64,000 bases of DNA from Eledone cirrhosa (GCA_964016885.1 OZ024746.1:78740001-78804000), one strand, 5' to 3'. Positions 14,607 to 28,834 are shown, numbered from the stretch's first letter. Notes: generated by a model from the sequence alone, not told the origin. Made by a program: numbers and translations.

Positions 14607-15128
14607 ATAATAATAATAATGATTTCATTTATTAGTCACAAGGGCCGACATGTAGGGGACAATACAAAGACAGGGACAGTGGGGGTTTACAATAAGGTCG
14701 AGTAAAAGTGTGCAATTGGAAGACTAATTTAACAATGAAGATATACAAATATAAAATAAACTATGCATAAATATAACAAAATAAGTTCCCCGATAGGGGG
14801 TGGACGACCCTGGGGTGACTCGGGTACCCCACCAACCCTGAACCACCCTGCGCTTCTAGGGCACCCAGGGAGAGCATCCCTCTCCTCAAGTTAGCTAGCC
14901 TATAGGCGCATGGTCAGAGTAGGCCCATTCACACGAGCCATTCTCGCCACATTCACCCACCTTTTAGCAAATGTACTGAGAGGCAGCACTTCTCTCTCCA
15001 CCCTCACCTTCCTTTCCTGGTGAAACTTGAAGAAGTTGGTGAGGGATTGGCCGAAGAGGTAAGTGTCTGTCTTCAGTCCTTTTAATCTGGTCCACCATAA
15101 CCTCTTTCGCAACTGCCACCAGACAGAG
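14607..15128 (-). mobile_element. 3' end of an L1/Tx1-like LINE (ORF2 C-terminus, 3'UTR, (ATT)n tail)
   Basis: Minus ORF ...LWWTRLKG...FFKFHQERKVRVERE...FAKRWVNV...* resembles a Tx1 C-terminus. AATAAA precedes the tail. Confidence 0.5.
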
Positions 15129-15129
15129 G

Positions 15130-15537
15130 GCCAGCAATTATCCAGTGCATTACTGGTACTTTATTTTATCGACCTCGTAAGGATGAAAGGCAAAGTAAAC
15201 CTCGGCAGGATTTGAACTCAGAATGACAAGGGCCGTAACTCTATGCGTCAAAGCATTGTGTCCGACTCTTTACCGATAATGCCAATCCACCGCCATATAA
15301 TAAATTACCTATAATAATAATGGTTTCTTATATAGGCACAAGGCCAGTAATTTGGGGGGAGGGGAAAGTCGATTAAATCGACCCCAGTGCGTGACTGGTA
15401 CTTTATTTTATCGACCCCATAAGGATGAAAGGCAAAGTAAACCTCGGCAGGATTTGAACTCAGAATGACAAGGGCCGTAACTCTATGCGTCAAAGCATGG
15501 CGTCCGACTCTCTACCGATACTGCCAATCCACCGCCA
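15130..15537 (-). mobile_element. Two tandem S1 SINE copies
   Basis: Repeated core, and a shared flank GCCATATAATAAAT.ACCTATAATAAT. Confidence 0.9.
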
Positions 15538-15930
15538 TATAATAAATGACCTATAATAATAATAATAATAATAATAATAATCTCTGAAAAGTACTCAGAC
15601 AGAGAAGCAACGCAGGATAATCCTTCTGATTAATTGTCAAGTTATGCCAGAAGAACGAAATACTTTCTTCGAAGGTAAATGTACAAGATTTGTACTGATA
15701 ATAAATTCCACTTAAATAGAGATAATGGCCGTTATGTAAGTGTTGCAACAGTTGTTATAATGACAAATTATTGTTTCACACTTTCATCAAGTCGTTAGCG
15801 ACGCAGCGTTTCGTTTTTTCTTTTTTTGTTTTCAATCTGAGACCTATAATTATCTACCTACTTGTCTCTTTCTCCCCTCCTTTTTCCCGTCTCTCCCCGT
15901 CTCTCCCCCCCTCTCTCTCTCTCTTTCTCT

Positions 15931-16019
<89 letters not shown>

Positions 16020-16860
16020 ATGTATGTGTGTGTGTAAGTGTGTGTATATGTGTGCATGTATGTATATCTATGTACGCAAACAGTAGATGGAGAGTGAAAG
16101 AGAGATAAGTAGGTATAAAGACGATAAACTCCACTTTAGTTGGTAATTAACCAGCTGCAAGAGATAACTATTACCACAATATACACAATTATTACAATTT
16201 ACGATATCACCATTCTTATTTTGAACCCTAATCTACTATAACCTTGTTCCGTCCCGAAGGCCGATGTAATATATTTCCCTATTTTAGTTTGAAAAACCCT
16301 TTCTTTGGTCATGAATTTACCATAGGTTCATACATGGAAAGTTCCTTTCCTAGGTGTAACCCTGAGCAAGGTGTTTGTAGAAGACCAGATGTTACCCATG
16401 CTTGCCAGTCCTCTCCACCGATGTTGTCCAAGGGAAGGGCAAAAGTTGATACAGCTTGGTGCTAGTGTCATTAAAACACTTTTCTTTACAGCTGCGCGAC
16501 AGGAGTAACGTGAATTAAGTACTTTGTTAAAAAATACGACATCATCACCTTATCCGGGAATCACCAAATAATTGATTCTACTTTTGGCACAAGGCCAGCA
16601 ATTATCCCAGAGTATTACTGGCACTTTATTTTATCGACCCCATAAGGAAGAAATGCAAAGTTAACCTCGGCGGGATTTGAACACAAACGTAAAGGGACGT
16701 AACTATATGCCACAAAGCATGTTGTCCGACGCTCTACTCCATTTTTTTAGATGGTTCCAAACCCCACTAACAGGATAACATTTCTTTAGTAAAAAAATTA
16801 CGGTGAAAGTTTCTATTTATATATATGTATATATAGTTATGTAATAAACAACAAAAGATC

Positions 16861-17323
16861 ATTATTTCATATGTCCCTCCAGCTCTCCCCATCTTTCACT
16901 ATTATGGCAGTATCGCTAGAGAGTCGGACGCCATGCTTTGACGCATAAAGTTACGGCCCTTGATATTCTGAGTTCAAATCCCGCCGAGGTTAACTTTGTC
17001 TTTCATCCTTACGGGGTCGATAAAATAAAGTACCAGTAATGTACTGGGATAATTGCTGGCCTTGTGCCAAAAGTAGAAACAATTATTTCATATGTCCCTC
17101 CAGCTCTCCCCATCTTTCACTATTATGGCAGTATCCGTAGAGGGTCGGACGCCATGCTTTCCAGCATAGTTACGTCCCTTTACGGTTTGAGTTCAAATCC
17201 CGCCGAGGTTAACTTTGCCTTTCATCCTTACGGGTCGATAAAATAAAGTACCAGTAATGTATTGGATAATTGCTGGGTAATGCTGGGTAATTGCTGGCCT
17301 TGTGCCTAAAGTAGAAACAATTA
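16861..17323 (+). mobile_element. Tandem dimer of an S1 SINE variant with a 5' extension
   Basis: Both units begin ATTATTTCATATGTCCCTCCAGCTCTCCCCATCTTTCACTATTATGGCAG. Confidence 0.85.
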
Positions 17324-17494
17324 TTTCATTTACCAGTGGTTTCTTGAAGGCAGAAACCACTGGTAAATGAAATAATTATCTTATGTTGAGCCTACATAGA
17401 GCACTCTTTTTTCCTGCACCTTTCCAACGGAAATACTTTATATATACATACATACATTTATATATATACATACATACATACATACATACATACA

Positions 17495-17530
<36 letters not shown>

Positions 17531-17787
17531 TATATTATATATATATATATATATAAGAGTTAGATATTTGGATATTTGTTTCTCGTACCTGCCTTCAGAG
17601 TTCAGATCACATCAAGATCTAATTTGTCATTAATCGCGTTGTGTCGGGGGTAACCACAGTTAAAAAAGGTACTCAATATGTTAGTAGAGTATAGGCATGT
17701 TAATTATATTACGACATGACCTCTACAGAACTAGAACTGTTTCATTCACATGAAATGATCGGGTATATCATTTATCGTCCTTTATCA

Positions 17788-17822
17788 TTACTGAAGATTT
17801 CATACGAATGAAACTGTTCTAG
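17788..17822 (+). ncRNA. Minimal hammerhead-like motif (family H-C)
   Basis: CTGAAGA-TTTC ATAC GAAT-GAAAC TGTTC. An inverted family copy lies at 17640-17757, with relatives at 23070, 48143 and 57389. Confidence 0.55.
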
Positions 17823-17838
17823 TCCTCCTGTAGAAGGC

Positions 17839-17918
<80 letters not shown>

Positions 17919-17957
17919 CAAGGACGATTTGTTTAGCCTTCATTACGTTTATTGATT

Positions 17958-18035
17958 GGTGACGCGCGTTTCGCTATTGATTAGCCCAAGGTTCAATCTG
18001 TATTGATCTGGCCCGACTCAAAAGCTCGTCGGACC
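17958..18035 (-). ncRNA. Type I hammerhead-like motif with CCGACGA core, in the fold-back element 17915-18240
   Basis: GGT-CCGACGA-GCT...AGC-GAAA-CGCGCG-TC-ACC, with a palindromic stem III. Confidence 0.6.
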
Positions 18036-18296
18036 TCTGCTTTTGTAATGACAGAGTCGGGCCAAATCGATACAGATCGAACTTTGATCTGATCAATAGC
18101 GAAACGCGCGTCACCAATCAATAAACGTAACGAAGGCGTAACAAATCGTCCTTGTTTTATTATATTACATTTTGTCTAGCTCTACACCTGGCCACTGACC
18201 TGAACCTAAACATCGAGTGCTCGCCTGGGAGAACCTACAGTATATAAAATAAAGTAAAATAAAAAGTCAAATGTTTAAAATTTAGCTTCGTTTATT

Positions 18297-18351
18297 ACTG
18301 CTATATATATTTCGGTAACAGCCATCTTTGGCTGTGACCTCTTCAGGCAGT
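18297..18351 (-). ncRNA. Canonical minimal type I hammerhead ribozyme
   Basis: ACTGC-CTGAAGA-GGTcACAGCCA aaga TGGCTGTtACC-GAAA-TATATA-TA-GCAGT: 5-bp stem I, long stem II, palindromic stem III, AUA site. Confidence 0.85.
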
Positions 18352-18573
18352 CCGAATTAGTGTAGTATAGACAAGTACATATGTTGTTGAGGTGTATAAT
18401 TTTGTCAATACTCTGATATGCCCAGTTCCTGGTTCCTGGTTGGGTTGTTATTTCACTGAGGAACTGGAATATATATATATACTTCCTACCTCGAGATTTC
18501 CCTCTGCATTGTTGTGGCTTTCTTAACTACGTATTTTACACATTTCACAATGCTTCAAGCAAAATTTAACACC

Positions 18574-18670
<97 letters not shown>

Positions 18671-18672
<2 letters not shown>

Positions 18673-19716
18673 TTAAGTCGTTTGGAAGCCTCGACAATGC
18701 AAATGGGTAAATCTCCGGGTAACAAGATCCAGTGGTGGAGAGAGAGATGTAAGTGGGTACGCACATACGTCGTGTATAAGATAGAATGTGACAGGTGCAA
18801 CCAATACTTCATAGGTAGCACAATCCCACCTTTGCACATCCGGATCAAGGAACACACTAAAACCAGGGCCTTGTCTTTCCGGAAACACAGACAAATGCGG
18901 AAACAAAGACGGAAGGCCCATTGTCACAATTCTAGCGACTGAAAGAAACGTCGGCACGTTACGTATCAAGGAAGCGCTTTTTATCAAACGCCTGCAACCG
19001 CAAATAAACAATCGATCAGAGAGAAGCGAAATGAGATGGCTGGTTTAAGTTAACAAACGATGCAGCAACACACGCACACACACACACAAACGAGACAACT
19101 ACACACACACACGCACACACACACAGTAGCATTCCACCATACGAACATACTACACTGCCAATACAGAGTAACAAGGCAACAACACACGCACACACACACA
19201 CACTCAAGCGAGACAACAACACACGCACACACACACACACAGTAACATTTAACAAACAGGCAGAGAATGGACTGACAGCTAGCGCCACCCCACTCCCTCA
19301 TTCGGCCGCTGACCTCTGCCCGACCGACCCCATTTCACGCGCACGCGCGCTCTGCCGAATACCTCAGATATTCAAAACAACAAACAGCAGTGGACGCGTT
19401 TCGCACCTGTCCGACAGACAACCTTTCTCCCACCCCGGAAAAAACCCCAGTTGATGGATGTGAATCCGAAATATATAGGGTCAATTAAATCTCTCCCAAG
19501 GTAACTCTCTCTCATGTTGTTATTTTTATTTTATCCTTTATACTCTTTCCTCTACACATCTTATACACACCACGCATCTCAACGTACACCCACTTACATC
19601 TCTCTCTCCACCACCGGATCTTGTTACCCGGAGATTTACCCATTTGCATTGTCGAGGCTTCCAAACGACTTAAAGAAATTTACCTTATTCCACAATGCTT
19701 CAAGCAAACTTCAATA

Positions 19717-19722
<6 letters not shown>
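18671..19722 (+). mobile_element. 5'-truncated Penelope-like element with an inverted terminal copy; GIY-YIG fragment at ~18763-19030
   Basis: VVYKIECDRCNQYFIGST...RIKEH, then a frameshift, then LRIKEALFIKRLQPQINNR. 18671-18761 is the reverse complement of 19583-19674. There is a degenerate HHR at 19444-19481 and (TA)n on both sides. Confidence 0.85.
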
Positions 19723-19762
<40 letters not shown>

Positions 19763-20471
19763 AAAATATCCCCCACACACGTACAGACACATTCCTACTG
19801 ACAGATCCCTCTACCACGAATTACTCTGCTACACACACACACACACATATTTGTCTTAATAGGCACCTGAACTGTTGACCTTTCAACATGACTGCAATTC
19901 ACACACACATCCCTACTGACCATTATCACAACAATGAACCTTTTTACTATACACACACACACACACACACATATTTGTCTCAAAAGACTTATTTTTCAGT
20001 GACTTCTCAATCAGGCGGAAACGGACGCTCTTCGACAAACCTACATTTGGCGCAAAATCAATTTTTAACATTCAAGTGACCTCTACCGACCAATCAAAAT
20101 TGTTTTGACTACAAGAATTTTTGCAACACGAATTGGCGCGAAACTTATAGTACTCATTCACGTGACATTCAACAACCAACCAAATCTTAATACCTCTGGA
20201 GCCACTTTTTTCACATAAAACAGGTAGAATTTCCAAAACTGATCAGATTAGAGCAAACATCACGGGCGCTCTATCTCAAAATTATTTTTGAAAAGCATTA
20301 GAAATGCGCAACCGGTAAAAACTTAAAACAAAACTTAAAACTAAAACTAACCAATACTTATTACTAATTTTTACTTATTCCTAATTAAACTATTTTTCAC
20401 TGGGAACATTTTCTTTTCCTTTTACTAATATATATAATATAAGATCAAAAGATGGTTAAAAGAGTTCCAAG

Positions 20472-20542
20472 TATTTTATTATTCGCATTTCAAAAACAAA
20501 TATCATCATGAGATGATATCTGCGTTTTCATCAGATAAAATA
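20472..20542 (-). ncRNA. Type I hammerhead ribozyme (family H-D)
   Basis: TATTTTAT-CTGATGA-long stem II-GAAA-TGCGAA-TA-ATAAAATA (8-bp stem I). Confidence 0.75.
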
Positions 20543-20699
20543 GGGATACATGATATGAAGGTTAAAAAACACTTGTGAATAGTGAAGTTTTAAATTAACA
20601 TATATCTTATATTATTTATACTCCAGTCCTACAAACTGTAGAGTGCTACTTATCCGATATTTGCATTGCTTTATTGTGCTACAATAAAATTCACCTCCT

Positions 20700-20771
<72 letters not shown>

Positions 20772-20773
<2 letters not shown>

Positions 20774-20935
20774 CGAAGGAAATGTGGTAAGGAACCAGGT
20801 GGACCATAACGCACCAAAGTACTCAATACTTAGGGTAGTAGAGGTAGAGTGGGTAAGAGGAACGAGTAGGACCCCGACGGCTGAGCTCAAGCCGCGTCAA
20901 CTGCTAATTCAGCCGTCGGGGTCCTACTCGTTCCT
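20772..20935 (-). mobile_element. Family H-A 3' end with a short fold-back, in (TA)n
   Basis: Reverse complement of 27890-28005, plus a short inverted piece at 20910-20935. Confidence 0.75.
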
Positions 20936-21094
20936 ATATATATATATATATAGTTGTGGGTACTAACGAAAGAAAGGAACAGACAACAGATCATGTAGAA
21001 GCAGAGTAATTTGTTTTCACAGTTTGACTTAACTCCGCAGCAGTTTTAAGACGAAAGCACATCTAAATCATAAGTATATACAGTATTTATATAT

Positions 21095-21193
21095 ATGTCC
21101 CCCCAAAATGTATACATACTTTGATTACCTATACAGGCAATATTTATTAGAATGTTGTTGAAGTATGTTTACATTTTTGGGGGACATCCCGTA
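21095..21193. mobile_element. Small Tc1/mariner-type MITE remnant
   Basis: Inverted ends ATGTCCCCCAAAATGTATACATACTT / AAGTATGTTTACATTTTTGGGGGACATCCCGTA. Confidence 0.6.
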
Positions 21194-21774
21194 TATTACT
21201 TAGAAATTAATACGACTTCTCTGCACCACCAATACACTAATTTGACATTTGGTAAACAGAAGTTTGCAAATGTGATACAAGTAAGGATTGGATTTCGATT
21301 ATCAACGATCTCAGACTACAACTGAAATCAGCTAGATTAACTAACTGACACACTAATACACCACCACAAGCCGTAAATTGTTCTAGTTGTATTTCTTAAT
21401 GGAAAAACCGTGTATATAAATAAGTCAAGTGCTTATTTTTCCTTGTCGTCTTTGGGAAATTTCTACTTGCTATAGTTTGTAAATAGGCTCATTTACCTCA
21501 ATTAATGACACCACATGCACTCACACACAAGAGGAGAGAGAGAGAGGGAAAAATAATATGAAAAAAAAAAAACAATCAACAACAACTAATAAATAAAAGT
21601 TAAAATAACACCAAATATATGAATATATAAATAAATTAAATAAGTGATTAAATGTATAGACATGTAGACACGACGAAAATTATTTTTTAGCATTTATTAG
21701 TAAACAGGGCAAAGTAAGATAGCAATAATGTGAAGGGAAGCCATAAAAACCCTCGCAATATGTTTGATTATATA

Positions 21775-21833
<59 letters not shown>

Positions 21834-21872
21834 GACTACAATTACAATTTGTTTTCCTTTTACACACACACC

Positions 21873-21959
<87 letters not shown>

Positions 21960-22057
21960 TCGTTAAGTAGAGTATAAGAGTATATCATTTATTTAAGATT
22001 CATTTATTTTCTCGCAATTGTGATCTCCAACTATATATATATATATATATATATTTT

Positions 22058-22182
<125 letters not shown>

Positions 22183-22308
22183 ATACGTAATGTAGTGAGA
22201 AGAGAGAAAGGGAGAAATAGGAATAAGGAAAGATAAAAAAATGAAAAATGAATGCTTTCACAATTAATAATGATAGAGAAAAGCTATGTTTGATAATACA
22301 TACATACA

Positions 22309-22928
22309 TGGTGGCTGCCAACTCGTTTTCGAGTACGCCCACTACTTTATATCCATGTAGGAGAACCCCTACCGATGCGCTGAACAAGTGTGACTTTTTA
22401 GTCCAGCCAGCGACTTGAAAACTCTGGTACAAACACTACATTTGTGACAATTATTGACACATAGTGCTGGGCCCATGGTACCATGTGACGACAAGTGCAG
22501 AGAGATCTCCAGATATAAAGCAATGCCTGTTCCGTGAAGCTTTTATAGTGAGCAAAGGCACTGCACAATGCCAGTCCCACTCTCTTAACCAAGATGATAT
22601 TTACCAAAAAGAATAACAAGTCAACGTCAACATCATTGGATACCATCAGAGTTGCAGGTGTTATATCAGAGTTTTCCTTCTCCGAGAATTCTGCCTTGAC
22701 AAAGGCTAAGGGGTCATCTCTCCCGGTGATTTTGGATGGCCATTGACTCTTAAGAGCTCCTTTGTTCTTTGACAGGTTTTGTTTTTAGTCCTGCAGGATG
22801 TCCAAAGTCACCCTCCTCACCAAGAAACCTTGGTGGGGTTGCCAGTTTAGTCGCCAACGACCCGACCATGAGACAGGTTGTACTGGGATACATGTTACCA
22901 GTAGCACCAACTGGTGACCTGACATAAC
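22309..22928 (-). mobile_element. Bipartite RTE-like element (copy 3, longest)
   Basis: Highly similar to 7305-7875, with the micro-ORF at 22476-22369 intact. Confidence 0.75.
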
Positions 22929-23344
22929 ATACATACATACATATATATATATAATATAAAATATTATGATGCAAACAGAATTAATCTCCAGGACCCCTTT
23001 CAGAAATAAGCTTTCCTGTTCACAAGATTTTTCTTTTTTCCTTTCCTCTTGCATTTGACAACAAACCTTGATACGAATGAAACAGTTCTAGTCCTGTAGA
23101 AGTCATTTAATATGCACATTTAATATGCACGTTTTCTACCAATGTATTGGGCACCTTATATAATACTAGATATTTTTTTTGTCCTAAGCCGTAAATACAT
23201 TGTTTGTCCATCTAAACAAGAGTGCACCGAGAGTGCACAATGATATAGAAGGTAATCGGTGCTATGACCATATATTTGTATGAATTAAACTAGCCGGCAA
23301 ACAACTGGAACAAATGCTGTAAAGCCCTGGACTAAATAATAATA

Positions 23345-23895
23345 ATTGTTTCTACTTTTGGCACAAGTCCAGCAATTACCCCAGTGCATTACTGGTACTT
23401 TATTTTATCTATCCCGTGAGGATAAAAGGCAAAATTAACCTCAGCGGGATTTGAACTCAGACCATAAAGGGCCGTAACTCTTTGCTGCAAAGCATGGCGT
23501 CCGACACTCTATCGATACTGCCAATCCCCTAAAGAGTCATAACTCTATACTACAAATCATGGTGCCCAACGCTCTACAGACCATAATAATTGTTTCTAAT
23601 TTTTGGCACAAGGCCAGCAATTATCCCAGTACATTACTGGTACTTTATTTTATCTACCCCGTAAGGATGAAAGTCAAAGTTAACCTCGGCGAGATTTGAA
23701 CTCAGAATGGAAAGGGCCGTAACTCTATGCGTCAAAGCATGGTGTCCGACTCTCTACCGATGGTTTCTAATTTGGGCAAAAGGCCAGCAATTTGAGTAGC
23801 AAGTTGTCGAAATCGACGCCAGTACTTCAATGGTACTTTATCGACCTCAGAAGGATGAAAGGCAAAGTTGACCTTGGTGAGATTTAAACCAGGAA
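23345..23895 (-). mobile_element. Three tandem S1 SINE copies
   Basis: Reverse-complement cores and B boxes. Confidence 0.85.
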
Positions 23896-24216
23896 GATAG
23901 AAAGCCAATGATAATGATAAAAGAAATCAATTTTTTCAGTGAATGAACTTTCAACACGTGTCTTCTAATGTCCGATTAAGAAGGGAAATCCTTCTTTGGA
24001 ATTGTGTTCTTCAGTCTTTAGTCATTGTACATCGTTACACTTGAATCATTGATATCAAACAGTCTTATATCTTGAGCTAAGAATATAAAATGGATATTTT
24101 TATTCTTTTCATCACAATGAAAAAAAAAATCGCATGGAAAGTGTTGGGTAGGTCCGTCGGGTATACTCAATAAACCTCAATATAAACATTCATTTATACA
24201 CACACGAATCTGCGTG

Positions 24217-24296
<80 letters not shown>

Positions 24297-24421
24297 TGTG
24301 TGTGTGCGCGTGCGTGTATGTATATATACAAATATATATATATATACATACGTATGTGTGAACACACACACACGTATATATAAATATATATATTATTTAT
24401 ACATATTTACATATACATTTG

Positions 24422-24577
<156 letters not shown>

Positions 24578-24680
24578 TATACATATATATATACTGTATA
24601 TACATATATATACATATATATATACATATATATGTATATATATACACATATATATACGTACTCATACACACACAAACACA

Positions 24681-24754
<74 letters not shown>

Positions 24755-25110
24755 CGCTTCATTCTACATAACACGACTGTTGTTTAAGATAGATGTCGCT
24801 TTTAAAGAATCTCTTTAAACATTGTGCATTGGTTGGTGAAGTATGAAACATTTACTTGCTTATTATTGCCTTAGTCTGGTAATGTGGTCTGTCGCTCCTT
24901 GTATCAATAGCTTGTGTGGAGGCACCATAAACATCCACCACCACCACCACCACCACCACCACCGCCACCACCACCACCACCGCCACCACCATCATCATCA
25001 TCATCATCATCATCATCACAGCTAAATATTTATTACGAATATTCTAGTCTGACGTAACATTACACATTATATAATACATACATATATACATACATGCATA
25101 CACACACAAA

Positions 25111-25196
<86 letters not shown>

Positions 25197-25378
25197 GAAT
25201 AATTCAAGGGTAAGAAATTGTCCAGGCAATATATATATATATATATATGCAAAAGTTATATTTAAATTGTTGGATACAACAAGCAAATATTTTTATAACT
25301 GATATAAAGCACTCAACAAGTATTTGGAGTAAACATACGATATTAACAAATGGAAAACTATATTTATAAAACGATATT

Positions 25379-25443
25379 TATTTTATTATACATATTTCAA
25401 GGACGCCACGTTAAATTATGGTGTGCTTTCATCAGACAAAATA
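25379..25443 (-). ncRNA. Type I hammerhead ribozyme (family H-D), with an inverted partial copy at 25507-25590
   Basis: TATTTTGT-CTGATGA-AAG..CTT-GAAA-TATGTA-TA-ATAAAATA. Confidence 0.75.
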
Positions 25444-25590
25444 CAATATAGATCAGTTTTATAAATAAATATTGACATACCCTTAAAAAATGCAACCATT
25501 ACTTTAATGAAAGCACACCATAATTTAACGTGGTGTCCTTGAAATATGTATAATAAAATAAATATGGTTTTATAAATATAGTTTCCATTT

Positions 25591-25691
<101 letters not shown>

Positions 25692-25736
25692 CAAAATATT
25701 AATAAATGAAGATATTCACATAATCAAAATATATGC

Positions 25737-25799
25737 TTTATTATATATATTTCGAAGGTACTGTGCTGTTTTTTCAGTACGTCCTCGTCAGATAAAATA
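25737..25799 (-). ncRNA. Type I hammerhead ribozyme (family H-D)
   Basis: TTTAT-CTGACGA-GGAcGTACTG...CAGTACcTTC-GAAA-TATATA-TA-ATAAA. Confidence 0.75.
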
Positions 25800-26261
25800 C
25801 ATGAGTGACTGGTACTTTATTTTATCGACCCCCATAAGGATCAAAGGCAAAGTTAACCTCAGCGGTATTTGAACTCAGGGGGTGTGATATAATGAAATAA
25901 ATTAAGCCCAGTATTTTACTGGTATTTTATTTATCGACCTCAAAACGATTACAGGCAAAGATAACTTCGGTGAGGGATGGACTCATATCGTAAATGGTCG
26001 GAAGTAAATATCGCATTACATTTTGTCTGATGCTCTACCAATTTGTTTGATCTGCCAATCTACTACTCTGCAATATTGGTTTCTATAATAGGAACAGTTC
26101 CACAAATTCCATGAGGTGGGTACAGTCAATTATATCTACCCTCGGTACATGACTTGGACACTACATTATCAAACCCGGGTGGGATAAAAGGCAAAGTGGT
26201 GACAGCTCTGCACCGGGGCCGCGAGGTGGCCAGCGCATGGGCCCCCATTTGCTTATAATAG

Positions 26262-26466
26262 TTGTTTCTACTTTTGGCACAAGGCCAGCAATTACCACAG
26301 TACATTACTGGTACTTTATTTTATCGACCCCGTAAGGATGAAAGGAAAAGTTAACCTCGGCGGGATTTGAACTCCGACCGTAAAGGGACGTAACTATGCT
26401 GGAAAGCATGGCGTCCGACCGTCTACCGACACTGCCATAATAGTGAAAGATGGGGAGAGCTGGAGA
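26262..26466 (-). mobile_element. S1 SINE variant with the same 5' extension as 16861-17323
   Basis: CTGCCATAATAGTGAAAGATGGGGAGAGCTGGAG. Confidence 0.85.
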
Positions 26467-27299
26467 GACGGAGGTATTGACAGTGGGTGTTTGGTTCCTT
26501 TTGTGTTCGGACCCGGTGCATGTCTATATGTTTCACGGACATACACTGATTGAATCGACCTCAATATTCACGGCTAGTCCCATGTTTTATCAACTTTAGT
26601 GATATCACTACTTGTTTGATAGAGGATTATAGTCAAGGCTCGACCAGTTGATGATATGTGTGAAACATTGGCAGAATTGTTAGAGCGCCGCACAATTTTT
26701 TTTGCAGCATTTAATTACGGTTCTTTTACTTTCTCAGATAAAATTTCGACGAGATCAATTTGCCAAACCTATTTCCAGGGACGCTAAAATAAATTACTAG
26801 TCAAGTACTGGGGTCTACTTAAGGACGATAAAATAAATTACTAGTCAATTACTGGGGTCTACTTAAGGACGATAAAATAAATTACTAGTCAAGTTCTGGG
26901 GTCTAATTAATCTGTTAACCTATCCCCCAAATTTCTAGCCTTGTGCCTACTTTAGAAACCAGGATTTGAACTCAGAACAATATGATAAGTAATTAAATAC
27001 CGCAAGGCATTTCGTCAGGAATATTATATCAGTGGTTAGACTCCTTTACACAGAAGATATGGAACCAAACAGCATTGTCTTCTCTTGTAACTACGTATAT
27101 ACATATATACACTATTATACACATATATACACTATTAAACACATATAGAAATATGTGTATATATATATATATGTGTTTAATAGTGTATATATGTATATAC
27201 ATAGTTACAAGAGAAGATATATATATATACTTATCTTCGTCTATGTGTCTATGTATGTGTATGTCTGTGTGTGTGTATGCCTGTGTGTGTCTGTGTATA

Positions 27300-27338
<39 letters not shown>

Positions 27339-27341
<3 letters not shown>

Positions 27342-28005
27342 AACAAGTAAGACCCCGACGGCTGAGCTCAAGCCGTTTCGACGGCTAATTCTGGACTGAA
27401 TGAAAATTTATTCTGGTATTTAAATAGCCGAGCTTATCAAGGGGTAATTCCATATATGGTCAAAGAGATAATCACCAGGATTGGTCACATCACAAGTTAG
27501 TAGTAAATCTGTGATGGCAAATTGGTGGGGGAAGGGGTAGCTAAACCTGCCGGTAGGAGAAAAAGGGAGAGGGGGGTGGGGAGTAGACCCACTTACCGTT
27601 TCGACTCCCCCCTCCCCCTCCCCAGTTTCCTCTTTGACCTCACGCCCAGCTGTAGCCGGCACTACCAACGCATGAATGGGTCTACTCCCCCCCTCTCCCC
27701 TTTTCTCCTACCGGCAGGTTTAGCTACCCCTTCCCCCACCAATTTGCCATCACAGATTTACTACTAACTTGTGATGTGACCAATCCTGGTGATTATCTCT
27801 TTGACCATATATGGAATTACCCCTTGATAAGCTCGGCTATTTAAATACCAGAATATATTTTCATTCAGTCCAGAATTAGCCGTCGAAACGGCTTGATCTC
27901 AGCCGTCGGGGTCTTACTTGTTCCTATTACCCACTCTACTACCCTAAGTATTGAGTACTTTGGTGCGTTATGGTCCACCTGGTTCCTTACCACATTTCCT
28001 TCGTT
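27339..28005 (+). mobile_element. Family H-A fold-back element: ~250-bp inverted repeat plus 3' extension, in (TA)n
   Basis: 27339-27591 is the reverse complement of 27677-27926. There is one HHR in each arm. Confidence 0.85.
27819..27912 (+). ncRNA. Type I hammerhead ribozyme with U3:A8 core (antisense twin at 27352-27445)
   Basis: ACCCC-TTGATAA-G..CGGCTA...TAGCCG.C-GAA-ACGGCT loop AGCCGT-C-GGGGT, GUC site. Confidence 0.75.
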
Positions 28006-28127
28006 ATATATATATATATATACACACACACATACACAGAGAGAGAGAAAGAGAGATTTATTTATAGGTACACATTTATATATTCATATAAAGTGTGAAA
28101 TGAATATATGAATATATATACATTTAT

Positions 28128-28224
<97 letters not shown>

Positions 28225-28232
28225 TATGGTTA

Positions 28233-28275
<43 letters not shown>

Positions 28276-28320
28276 GGTTATGTGTGTGTGTGTATATATA
28301 TATATATATACATATTGTTA

Positions 28321-28407
<87 letters not shown>

Positions 28408-28510
28408 TTATGTGTGTGTGTGTGTGGAACGATGTGAGTAAATTAGGAGAATGTCAACAATATTATATTGTTATATTAAGCGATTATATAGACAAGACAA
28501 ACGGCAGGAT

Positions 28511-28512
<2 letters not shown>

Positions 28513-28607
<95 letters not shown>

Positions 28608-28795
28608 GAGAGAGAGAGTGGTGGTAGGCAATGGCTGGACGTATATGTGGAAAGAGAGAGAGAGATAACGGACGTATATGTGGAAAGATGGTGTGAGAGA
28701 GAGCGAGGGAGAGAGAAAAGAGAATGAGAGAAGAGAGAAGAGAGAGAAGAGAGAAGAGAGAGAAGAGAAAGAAGAGTGTATGAGAGAGAGAGAGT

Positions 28796-28834
<39 letters not shown>

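Noticed and set aside
22830-22925. HDV-like ribozyme at the 5' end of the RTE-like element
   Set aside because: Pairings resembling P2 and P3 (CCAGT/ACTGG, ACC/GGT) and CTAA are visible on minus, but I could not find a P1 partner.
26785-26905. 44-bp triple tandem repeat
   Set aside because: It is a local slippage duplication inside a degenerate S1 SINE.
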